The notes beneath the pieces were generated by a model, which was given only the letters and a program-made list of their open reading frames with translations, did no database searches and had not been told where the DNA came from. 53,387 nt of DNA. Origin: Paramecium tetraurelia. Taxonomy: Eukaryota. The stretch spans positions 372,001 through 425,387 of the forward strand of contig CT868563.1 in the NCBI GenBank assembly GCA_000165425.1, read 5' to 3'. Of this stretch, positions 40,501 through 52,299 are shown piece after piece; positions within the stretch are counted from its first letter, which is position 1; each line of letters opens with the position of its first letter. A program made the translations under genes and the position numbers.

Positions 40501-42217
40501 AATCAGAAAATTTAAACCCATCATATAAATTTGATCTCAAACTTGATAATGAAGAGAACGAAATAGTTTAACTTGATGATTCTAATTCTTTTGTTGATGA
40601 TGAAATAAAAAATGCTGCATAAGAATAATAAATCGACCCAACTAATACTTAATTATTACCAAACCCTGATTTATTAGCTTAAAACCAATTTCAGGATACT
40701 TCAAATGTACTTTCAGCCAATAAACTTCATTCAAATTCATAAATATAATAATCTATGCAAATTGATTATAAAATTAAAATTGAAAATATTGATGTAGATA
40801 TAAAAGAAGAATAATAAATTTAAGAGAATATTTTAATCAATCAAAATAGATAGTAAGCCAGTTTCTTACAAGTAGAAAAAACTGATATTGATTAAAAAGA
40901 AAATCAATTTGAAATATTAATTTCTTAAAAGAAAGAGTAAGGGTCAGAGGAAAAAAAGAAAAAAAGAAGAAAATAAAAAAGAAGGAAGCAAAAATAAAGA
41001 AAGTTATAGGAGGAATAATTTTAGTAGATCTTATAATAAAAATAATAATAAGAAATCTTAAAATAATAATAATAGTTAATTGAATTACAAAATTAATAAT
41101 TATTGAATAAATAAAAGTATAAGATGGCCACAAAACAAAACAATTAAGTTATCATAGAAAGCAAACCAATTAAAAGAGATAACTTTATTCATTTATAAAA
41201 GCAATAATCATAAATTTAACTAATAAATTAATAAATAGATACTGAATTTTCCTTTTAACAGATTATTTCAAAAGTAGAAAAAGAAGAAAGGTAAGGATAG
41301 AAACAACTAAGAAGTAATACCAAACATGTCAAAAATGCTGATTTAAATTTCTTTTAATTGACTGAAAGTAATCATTTTCATAATATTAGAATAATAACAA
41401 AATAAGATTTCCTTACAATCCTAAGATTTATTTGAGGCTATTAAATAAGAGATCAAAGAATGTGATTTAAATAATTACACTATTAATTTGTGCTAATTAT
41501 GTTAAAGTGATGTTGTATACGAAATAAATGATGATAATTGGTACCTTATTGGAATTGCATATGGATTAAAGTATCTAAATTTTTTAATCAAAATAGGAGA
41601 CATTTCTAGAATCTATTGAATACTGTACAATATCATTTCAAGAACTCCAAGATATATACCTCTTTCAATAAGGAATAATAAGTTTGTCTCACTTTAGGAG
41701 ATCAATTTGAAATTGAAAATTTAGAGGATATCCTTAACTACTATAATAATTAAACTCTCCCTAAGAATTCATAATTTTTGAGGATACCATAAAAAGTAAA
41801 TTATAATTTTTCTATTTTTAGATCAAAGCAAACTTCGCTTAAATGAAAGTTGATTTGAATCAACATAAATTTATGAATTTTAGTTTGAATGCAGCAATCA
41901 AAATTTAAGAAAACTATAATGGATTTACTGTTTCAGAGTAATATATTAAGATTTCAAATGATTTTGATTACTCTTAATAAGGTAACATATTTTACCCTGG
42001 GCAGTCTATTCCCTATAAATTGATTGTTTAATCTAATGGAATTGAAAATATGCAATTAGATTTGAATCCTTAAATATATGAAAAAGTCTTAGAAAGCTTT
42101 TTAGCAAAGAATTACTTGCAATAGATTTAAGTTACATATAGAGACAACTTAAATAGCAACTTTGTAGTTGTGGATAATGAAGACCTCTTAGAAATTGAGA
42201 TTACAATATAAAAATGA
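37514..42217 (+). CDS. Large (~1500 aa) secreted acidic Q/E/N/D-rich protein with C-terminal globular region
   Basis: Signal peptide MHTLRTSLLLCMLIYINYAG joined across a 22-nt intron, then ~3.7 kb of Q/E/N/D-rich coding sequence with internal repeats. The Cys-containing C-terminal region has three introns; TGA at 42215-42217. Confidence 0.75.
38502..38603 (+). repeat. In-frame 33-nt tandem repeat (NDETINQQEQD / NDDTLNQQEQY / NDDTIYQQDQD)
   Basis: Three 11-codon units are visible directly. A related NNDQEQQQY-type repeat lies at ~39020-39090. Confidence 0.8.
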
Positions 42218-42648
42218 ACTAAAGTAGTCTTTGAAACACATATTATTATTTATGAATTACAGTTCTATTAAAGTGTATCTGACAATCCATAGTTTTAGTA
42301 GAATTTTTCAATCTAATTCTTTGATTCATACTTATTATACTTATTGAGGATACATTCATAATTATTATTAAAAACTATCTTAATAGTATATTAAACCATT
42401 AAGTTTTAATTAAAATATCGAAGGTAATTCTTGGTATACACTAAGATAAGAAATGATATTACCAAAAAATTCAATTAATTAAAAAAACTATTAAAACAAA
42501 ATATATATATATATCATAATTCAAAATTCAGCCCATTTTTGAAAATAAATAACATATTAGTTCTTTATAATTATTCTTAGAATATGAATAATTTGATGAA
42601 ATCTTTATTGAATTGATCATAATAGGACTAATATATTAACATAAATCT

Positions 42649-44797
42649 TCATTTAAACAATTTCTTTAATTAATGTAATTAGATTGAAGTCTTTTATTGA
42701 TTACTCTCTTATTCTTCTTGATTTAAATCAATTCCATATGATTGATGTTTTTGCTATTCACTCAGATCTTATTTCAAAACATCAATAACTCGATCAGCCA
42801 AGAATGTCAAGGAAGGCAACATTTGTGACTATGGGATTAAAAATTCTTTAATGTTGAGTTCCTTTCTTAAAATAAATGACTATATTACATTTATCTAGCT
42901 TATTTAGCTAATTATAATCGTCTATAAACATTTGAATCAAGGGGTGCTGCATCTTCAATTATTGGTTTTTCAGGTTGTTCAGCTTATTCAAAATGAGCTG
43001 TCTCTTACTCATCCATCATTAGGGAAGCCTTTCTCTCTGTGCTTAGAACTGTTAAATATTTGTATTAATTATTCTGGTTTATGTAAGAGTATAATAAAGT
43101 TCTAACATTAGATGAATATAGTAAACCTGCCATTTATAGTTGCTGAGATTAATTTCTGAGAAGCAATTCCATGCTGAATTTTAGACTATTTAATATCTAC
43201 AATCAACGCCTATTCATTTTCATATTAAATAGCAATAAAATGGTCATTCAATTTACTGATTGATTTAGCCTTACCAAATTAAGTGATTATCTATTTTTTA
43301 GTATCCTAATAGAATGTAATTGTTCCACCATTACAAACTAAAGCACCTGATTAATATATATGAGCAACCTCAGGAGTTGTTTGATCCAAAGGCAATTCTT
43401 TAATAATGTTATTATTTTTTGTATTGATATGCAATATACTAATAGAAGTAACGATGACAATGGTGGTTTCATCTTTAATATATGCTGTTAAAACGTTTCT
43501 TCCTTTGTATCCATGACCTCTGAAAACACAATTCCAATTGAATTATCCTTTTGTTTACTTAATTTATCTCCATATTCTAATTTCTCCATTTCCCCAAGTG
43601 ATTATTGAATTATGTCCTATATCCATTCCTTCAATATCATAATCGGTGGTTGTTACAAGATTAAATTCAAAATTATTAACATTTTCAAAGATTGATAGTG
43701 TTTGCTTAAGATCAGAACCCAAAACAACAATCAAAAATCTATCCAGCATGGCAAACTATAATTTAAATAATAAAAATTACTTAATTAATTGTGGTTCTAT
43801 CTCTTTTATATGAATCTTCAATATTAGACACATAATTTCTTTGTTATATAGGAATTATGTTTAATAAACTACCTTGTGTAGGATAAATAACTTATAAGGT
43901 TCCATTTGCTCCTTAGGTAATTAATTTATTCTAATAAGTGATGAAATTATTAGGGTAAACATGATGAATTCCTTAAAAATAGGGTAACTTATTCTAGCCC
44001 ATTAAAGAAATCTATTTAATTTGATTAATTCCTTTTATATTAATAATGAGATTATCATCATTACTACACATAGCTACAATTTCTCCTCCTTATCTTGGAA
44101 AGAAGGCCTTTCTTGCAACTCTCAAATGCCATTATACAATGACACCTTCCTAACCAGCAGAATATAGTGATGCTCCTGCAAATAGTAACGCATTAACTTA
44201 ATGAGCATGCCAATGATCTTATTATACAATGATACCAGTAGAGAATTATAATAAGATCAATTAACCATTGTTTAATCCACAAGCCAAAAGATCTTAATCA
44301 TCATCTAATTACATAATCGTTACTGCAAGTCCAAATTCTCTTATGATTCTGTCTTCATTAGCAATCACATGAATCTATTTATCATCAGCAATAATTAATT
44401 ATTCTTTATATGCTGAATATTGAATGCAGTTAATATTCGTAAATGATTATGCATCATATATTTTAGAACAAGTGGTTCCTACTCTAACAATGTTATTTCC
44501 ATCATATGCAATAAAATGATCATTATGAAAACAAGCATGCTAGAATTGCTTTCCTTTATGGTGTTTACTCTATAATTATTTCCCATCTACAGAATAGACA
44601 AGAAAATGAGAATTATGTGTCAATATAAAAATGTCTCCATTAATAGCAAATGTTTAAATGGATGCACCTACATTGATTCTACTATTCAATTTCATTGTGT
44701 CCTTTTCTAAAATTAACAAATCTTCTCCAGAATAAGTGTAAACTAAAGAATTGCAACAAAATAATTTATGTCCCACTTAATCACCAAAATTAATCAT
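42649..44797 (-). CDS. WDR75: WD40 protein WDR75/Utp17 (Nan1)-like, SSU processome UtpA subunit
   Basis: HWHAHQVNALLFAGASLYSAGQEGVIVQWHL...KAFFPRQGGEI matches the Utp17/WDR75 HWH...SGG.E.VLV.W...FLPRLG motif. Also NGTLQ and a C-terminal LPSLTFL segment. Confidence 0.8.
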
Positions 44798-44907
44798 AAT
44801 TAATATAACATATTCACTAACAATATTTTTAGTATAACAAAGAAATTGTAGGTTATGAATCTAAAAAGTAGGATAAATATTATATAGAGAATATAGAATA
44901 TGAATAT

Positions 44908-46170
44908 TCATTATTTTATCCAATCCAATAATTAAATTGCATCATACCATCTGTAATCGGTAGATTTACAATTTAATAATACAATTATATAAGAATTATT
45001 ATTATCCAAATAATATTCGACAACACAAGGTCCAGCCTCCTTAGTCTAGCCAGTCTTCACTCCTTGAAATCCATTGTCTAATAATTTATTAGTATTTTCC
45101 CAAAGGATTTCTTTTATGTTACCAAATTTATCTATAATTTCACTAAAATAGATTTTTGTTTTAACAATGTTAGCAAAGTGTTCATTTTACAATGCTTGAA
45201 AACATAGGATTCCAATATCAAGAGCTGAAGAGTAATTAAATTTATGGTATAAACCTAATGAATGTTGAAGTAATAATACCATGAGGATTCATATATTATG
45301 TTGATTTGAGACCAAATTCTTTTGCACAACTATTCATTTCATCTATAAAATTGATTCCTGTAGTTTATTCGAAATTGTGTTTTAAAGTGACGGCTGCGTC
45401 ATTGCCTGAAGGGAGCATGAGTCCATAAAGTAGATCTCTTAGATTCAATTAGTCCCCTGTTTATAGTTATGCTGAAGTACCACCAACATTTTCAGCCTAT
45501 GTATAAGTAGTTTAATACTGCTTCAGGGACTGTGAAATAAGTGTTATCTAGATCTAGTGATATTAATGAGACGAATTTGAGAGATAAAAAACATGTCATA
45601 ATTTTAGTGATGGATGCTATTTAACATTTAAATTTTTCATTGAAACCAGCCAAAAGTGATCCATCCTTCCCATTTATAATACACCAACTCTATGCTGTTA
45701 TTGGTGGACCAAAAGGAATTGAAGGAGATAATGGAATATGTCTAGGCAATATTCTTGGGTTTCTCTTAAAGGCAGTTTAAGGTTGTTGAGGTTTTTTCTA
45801 TTTTTGATGATTGATAATAGGATCATAAGTGTAACTGAGCTATTAAATACAGGTGTTTGCCCTAGAATTTTTCTAAGTGAAAATGTGGAATTATTTGGTG
45901 TCAATTGACATAGTATTGGATTGAGCAAAATTAGTTGGATCATAATGTTAAGATGAAGAGACTTGGGACATCTTACGTAGCTAAACCTTTTCTATGAGTG
46001 ATTTATATCCATTATGTACTTTTGATGGAGTCCGAGATAGATTTATTGGTTAAGTCTAATTAATAGGTTTGTTTTTTAGCAGTAAAAGGCTGTATTTATA
46101 GTCTATAATCTGGAGGGTGATGATTGAGACGAAGAATGTACTATCTAGGAGTGGTTGCATCAATTTTCAT
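44908..46170 (-). CDS. Serine-type D-alanyl-D-alanine carboxypeptidase-like protein (peptidase S11 / low-MW PBP fold), 395 aa
   Basis: SxxK (IASITKIMT), SxN (LLYGLMLPSGNDAA), NPHGL, WENTNKLL and KTG (GVKTGQTKEAGPC). Introns at 45992-46019, 45497-45518 and 45255-45279 give 396 codons. Confidence 0.93.
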
Positions 46171-46184
46171 TTAATATATAATAA

Positions 46185-48278
46185 ATGCTAAAATTCGAGG
46201 CATTCAAGAAATAACAGAGACTCATTGAGAGATCACCTTAGTTTATTGTACAATAGTTACTGCAGAGGAAGATTGTGTTTATTCGCGAAAACTTCAGTTC
46301 CAAGGAGAATTTCATGATTCAAGTAAATATTAATGACTAACAACCTTAGAAATAAGAATCATAAGAGATTATATATCTTAAGCCAGAATGTGGTGATCAG
46401 GTGATGAATGAGTTGACCAGAATAGCAATGTCTGAAATTCCAGAGAACGAATAATTAGAGTACCATATAAGGGCATAGCAATTATTAGATTACTTCACAT
46501 AGAATCAGTATGCTAGCATACAATATTTTATAGGATTCAAGTCCAATACACAACAGTTTTATTTCATAAGATCAATTATGCATTGGCTTTGAGAAAGTAT
46601 GGATTGACTGAGGAAGTCATCAATTTATTACTGGATAGCGATTAGATTCTCAAAATCAAAGGGAAACAATTGAAAAAGCAACCTCTTGATATCCAATTAT
46701 TAGCTAGAATTGTATAAAACAAACTAATGAGATTGCGTATCATCTTTTAATGCACTTTATTATTTTCAGAAAGCAGAAGGTAATACTATCTAGGATATAA
46801 TAATAGAAACAAACAGGCATTGGAATTGGCAAAAAATGCATTAAAACAATTGAAGGCTATTTATGAAGCTACCATCAAATTATGTTAGTAGATGAATCTA
46901 ACCAATTTAATAAATAAGAAATAAAGAGCCAATTCAGAAATGAGTCTAGCCACCATGACATCTTAGCAACCCTAAAAATTATCCTATAGTTAGATTGTCG
47001 AAATGGTATTTAAGGAAATATTGGCACTCATCAAGTGTTCAATGCCACAATCCTAATTCGAAGATAAGAGTACTCAAATCATTAGAAGTTATCAAAGTAG
47101 AAGTCAATCCTTAGATAAGTACAGCGAATAAATCTCCTTTGGCAACACTAGCAACTAAAATAATAAGTTGTATCCAAACATTAATGATAATCATCCTATG
47201 TTACAGATGCAGATCCTAGGTTTGATTTAAATGACACAAGTAGACATAGAAGAATTGTATCCTATTAGCAATCCTGAAATGGTAGTTACAGAAGAAGTCG
47301 TACTAGAATTGATTATGTTGGCTGGATTAAGTTTTTATAGTATATCCACTGAATTGAGATTCATTAACTCTAATTTTGATAATCGATCCAATCTTGAAAT
47401 ATGGCTATGCAAGAGTCTCGAAATCTATTACACTTATGTTCCTCATATGTCATAGATTTTTAATTAAATTTACCAGGTTTACAAGAAACTCTATGGTGTA
47501 GACAAACAAATGATACCTGAAGATTAAGAAATCACCCACCTAACAAAGTTATTGCGACCACACCAATTTAATAACAAAGCTACATTAGCTAATAAAGTAG
47601 TTATAGTAATTAAAGTGCCTGAAGGTCCAGGATCTGCAAATAAACATGCTAATACTTAACAGAAAACAATACCATCTAATAAAACAAGCAAAAAGTACAA
47701 TAGATTGAATATATTATAATAGACACCTTTTAACCTAAGTTGAAGATCAAGAAGATACAGGAAGATCTCCTAGTCGCATATTTTTAAAACCAACAAAATC
47801 ATAATAGCCATTGGAAATCAAACAAAGGGTTGATTTTTTAATGAATCACATATTAACTCAATAAGCTAAGTTAAGTAAGGAGAAGATGAAAATTATAAAG
47901 AGCCGTCTTAAACCTGATCTGAGTAATGGCAATGTTGGTATGACTGCCTCTACAAATACCACTAATAATACTACATAGAATACAACACAAAATTCAGCAA
48001 AATCACCACCAAAACAATTGAGCCGTTCTCTCTCGAATTCTCGTAAGGCTAGTCAGTGTATAGTACCTGCTTAATTAAATATTCAGCAAGCATTGCAATA
48101 AACAAGAACAGCATAATTAAAGTACAGATATCGAAATCAATTTAACACTTTGCCAATTGAAGAGAGTCCCACATAATTTAGTAGCTAAAGAAAACAAGGA
48201 ACTCTGGATTCTGCAAAAAAATAATACCAAAATAAATATTAATTAGTACTTTAATAGAAGCTACAGAACCTCAATTGA
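46185..48278 (+). CDS. Hypothetical helical (TPR-like) protein with low-complexity tail, 670 aa
   Basis: Introns of 26, 27 and 28 nt give 2013 nt = 671 codons. Helical segments such as RNKQALELAKNALKQL; TGA at 48276-48278. Confidence 0.7.
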
Positions 48279-48431
48279 TATTATAATTTATAATTATATA
48301 ACTGATCGGTAATGAATTTATTATGGAACACAGTTAGACAATGAAGTTTCGAATATACAGGTGTAGAATTAGTAAGAGTGTATAATACTTTCATATGCTT
48401 CTTATTTTTATATCCCCACATAATATACATA

Positions 48432-49373
48432 TCATTTAATATTTTCATTTCTGAACCATGGTATGAAAACACTTACTCTCTTTTATTAGATGTAATATTT
48501 GGGTCTCTTTCGTAAAATATGTTTCTCCATCTCTGGAATTGAATAAAATAGAAATAAGGATTGCATTATGACTGCTCCTATTATTGTAAACCAATATTAG
48601 AAACCAAATGATAATGTCATAATAAATATTCCCCACCAAAACATGCATTCGCCGAAATAATTAGGATGTCTTGAATATCTCCACAATCCTTCATCAATAA
48701 ATTCTTCTGTCTTTTTAGATCTCCAAGGGAATAATTATAAATCTGCTATAGTCTCTATTGTTAAGGCTGAAAATGAGAAGATGACTCCGAAATAAAAGAT
48801 AAATGGGTTGTAGTCTTGATCACTATCAAATAAGGCATAATATGTTGGAAATAATCCAAAGTAGACCATTAATGTAGGTCCAACATGTAACCCTAAATAA
48901 CTGAATACCCAATATATAAATTCATTGTTTAATTTTTTTCTAAATACTGGATACCTAAAATCTTCGTATGTTAAGCCCGGCCAAAATGATAGAAAATTGT
49001 AATTGTGTCTAATAAAATAGGCAAATGGCACAATAATCACCCATATGTTTGGTTGATATGGTGTTCTAAATACCCAATAAATAATCAAATAAAATCCAGG
49101 AATTTACCAATAGAAATCATATATCGAGGTATTACTAATAATTGAGATATTGCTTACTTATATCTGTAAGATTGAATAAATACAATAGAAGTTGCAATCA
49201 AATCAACAACAAATGTTACAATCAATTCATTTTTAATGTATTATTCTACAAGGAGTGTCAATGGTATCCTAAATTTATTATTATTATTATTACCATAATG
49301 CAGTAATTATAGCATATGGATAAAATACTATCCAACATGATTAAGAATATGTGTAATGGGTGGGCTTTTACAT
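48432..49373 (-). CDS. DUF1295 / steroid 5-alpha-reductase-like membrane protein
   Basis: [41 protein letters not shown] and SVFIPW; multiple TM segments. Confidence 0.9.
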
Positions 49374-49428
49374 TAATATTAATAATATTAAGGATTCTTA
49401 ATACTATTTATTTATTATTTAAATAATA

Positions 49429-50374
49429 TCATTTTTTAGCAATTTTTGGTGGCCAAAACTAAGTTAGATTTTCAGCAGTTCCTAAATACTTTTTCTCTAA
49501 TTGATCTTATGGAATTGCTTCCTTTAATTTTTCTAAAGTTTTCTTTGTCAAAAACACATTTTTAGATTTGCTTTCATCATCCATAAATGCAGCACCAGCT
49601 TTCCAAGATAAATCAACTCCTGTTGATGGATTTAGCACATACATTCTATGTAAACATCCAACAAAATTAAGAGCCATAGTTTTAATTATATCTCCTAATC
49701 CAGAGGGTAATCCAAAAACACCAATATCTTTAGTATCAATAATACAAATCCAATTCTCAACTTTTCCAGGCATCATCATATATTTCTTGACAAACCCCAA
49801 AAAGAATGACAACACCTAGATCATAAAGTCCTTTGGATACTATCATTAGGAACAGTAAATACTTTTTTTTAATCTACTCTGTATGCCTCTAAATAAATGA
49901 CAGGTCTAAATTAGTAGTCTCTTCCAAATGTGTATAGAAATCCAGCATCTAAAAATTCTTACATTTATTTATTCAATGTATGCATATTAGAATTAGCTCT
50001 CCAACCTAAGTGAAGTGATAATCTCTATAAATGATATAATTTATTATTACCTCAATGCAATCTTTGATCTTGAATTTACCATTATACAAAATTTTGAGAG
50101 TGTCAGTTTAAGTCCAACTAAAGGTATATACACATATAAATACCCATCTGGTAATTATATTCCTTTCTTTTTGATCTCCTCCTCTAATTATTTAATATGC
50201 TGCATCTCAAATAAATCAAATTGAACATCTCCTCCAAATATCTTTCTATATTGCTTGTCTTTTTCTGTTTTTCTGATATATAATTCTAAATTATAATGCA
50301 TAGTAAATACATTCATGTTGGATGGCCATGGCTTCAGCTGGACATTGTAGATAAGAATATTCTGATTAATCCAT
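49429..50374 (-). CDS. SEC14/CRAL-TRIO lipid-binding protein
   Basis: GFLYTFGRDYQFRPVIY, PGKVENWICIID, LHRMYVLNP and IPQDQLEKKYLGTAEN...FWPP. Confidence 0.88.
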
Positions 50375-50397
50375 TTATAATTTTTAATTAACAGAAA

Positions 50398-51810
50398 ATG
50401 ATAGTAATGAAAAGATCATTTTCTCATCCTATAAAAAGAATTACTACTTTTTATAAGTCAGCAAGATTAAGATCAGAATCCTGGATTCCATCACCCATTA
50501 GAGTTTCGATAACTTAGTTTCCCATCTTAAGAAGCAGCCTTCAATTTCCTAATTAGAACCACTAATAATATTGCCATAATCATGTGTATTTATATTTTTA
50601 ATTTTATAGATTGATAATTGTAATGATTTAATGAAAAATGAACTCCATAGCAAGATAGAAGAAATTGATGTAAGTAATTATAATACTAATATAGAATTTG
50701 AAAAAGAAAATTATTATTTCATTAGAAACAATAGAGAAATAAGATGAAATCATTTAGGAATGGTAATAGAAATATTAAGAATAAGAAAAATTGCATAATA
50801 GAGAAATCGCATAATTAAAAAGTAATCTAGATAATTCAATATTTGATGACCCTTAAATTGATATTATAGAATAGCCTATTGATAATAGTCATCATAAAGT
50901 AGTGGATGATTTATAAATTATTTAAGAAGAAAGCGAATGTCCTTAGATTAAAAGTCTAAACTAGTCTGTTGCATAAAATTTAAAATTTTATGAAATTATT
51001 AATGCTCTCAATAAGTTCAATTTAGATGAATCACCAGTAAGAGAATAATTAGAAATTAATGAATCCTATGTTGTATAAAGAATCAACACATTAATAGATT
51101 TTATTCATAAATTAGAGACAGAACTTGATGATTGGAAATGTAATTATTGGAATCTTGAAAAGAAACTCAACTCCCAATTAAAAGATAACTTCATTTAATA
51201 AGGATCTCGGGAAATTGAAATAGAATTTGATTTTGATAAAAATTAATTGGTTAAAGCCATTTAATCAAACAGTAGAAGATCACTGTAAGCTGAAACCTCT
51301 GCCTTGTAATTAGAAATAAAACGATTGCAAGAATTAAATAGTTAATTATAGTATTAGTAGAAGAGTCAAGCTAAATAAGTTTTAGAATCTCTAATAAATA
51401 AGCAAAAGAAAACAAATAGAAAGAAGAATTTAACTCACATTCCGGAGCCTTCAAATAAACATTTGGCTTAGGTTTCAATTCCTCATAAAAATAGTCATAA
51501 TAACACTCAAAAGAAGAGTCATCCTACTTAATAAGGATCTCCATATTAATAAAGAAATAATCAATAAATTAATTAATATTTCAGTCATTATTTTTAATAG
51601 CAAAGAGTTCAACCTACACAACATTACTCTCCAATAATTTTGACTAAATTTTAATAGATAGCAACTAAGTAACAAATAGGAATTAATTATCTTAAAGATA
51701 CGTCAACAGATCATTACTATAATGTGAACATTCATCAGACTCCAATCGTAGTTAAATAATCTAGTTTGAGTCCTTACTAAAAATCAGGAAGCAAATTTAT
51801 TTAATTTTGA
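50398..51810 (+). CDS. Hypothetical coiled-coil protein (5' end uncertain)
   Basis: Long Q/E-rich open frame (e.g. RINTLIDFIHKLETELDDWKCNYWNLEKKL) ending GSKFIQF-TGA at 51808-51810. Start codon and first introns not resolved. Confidence 0.6.
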
Positions 51811-52299
51811 ATTTATATATTATCTTAAATTAATTTGACTTTTCAAATCTATTTATTGAAGAAACTAAATAGATTGACTAAATCAAAGAAGAGAATACTT
51901 TGATTTAAAATCTCTGGTATAATTTTAAGTTGGTACAAATGGAAAAATATCTAGAGATAGTATTATTTGCAATAAATTAATTTAATAATTTTAGTCCATA
52001 AATAGATTGGAATTAAAATAAGGTTAATGATCCTTTTTTCTTGTTAGAATATTAAATAAAAAAAATTATAGAAAAGGCCTTTTAAATCTATCATAACTGA
52101 TTATAATCTAAAAAGTAAAATCATAATTGATATATTATAGTGATAAGTAAGATTTAGAGTAACACCAATCGTATAAATTTAAACTATGAAACATAGAGTA
52201 GCCTAAATTCCTTATGGCTATTCTTCAAAATATAGAGTTTTACCTTGATTAGAGATTTGTACTTAATAATTTCATATATTTTATGCTAAATTTTGCAAA

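Noticed and set aside
38344..41133. Minus-strand ORF-track entries rich in I/L/Y/H/F (38344-38697, 38944-39336, 40837-41133) that look like membrane proteins
   Set aside because: They are antisense shadows of the Q/E/N/D-rich plus-strand gene.
44908..46170. Bacterial contamination or chimeric assembly as the source of the DD-carboxypeptidase
   Set aside because: The gene uses TAA/TAG as Gln, has three ciliate-type introns and matches the AT content of its neighbours.
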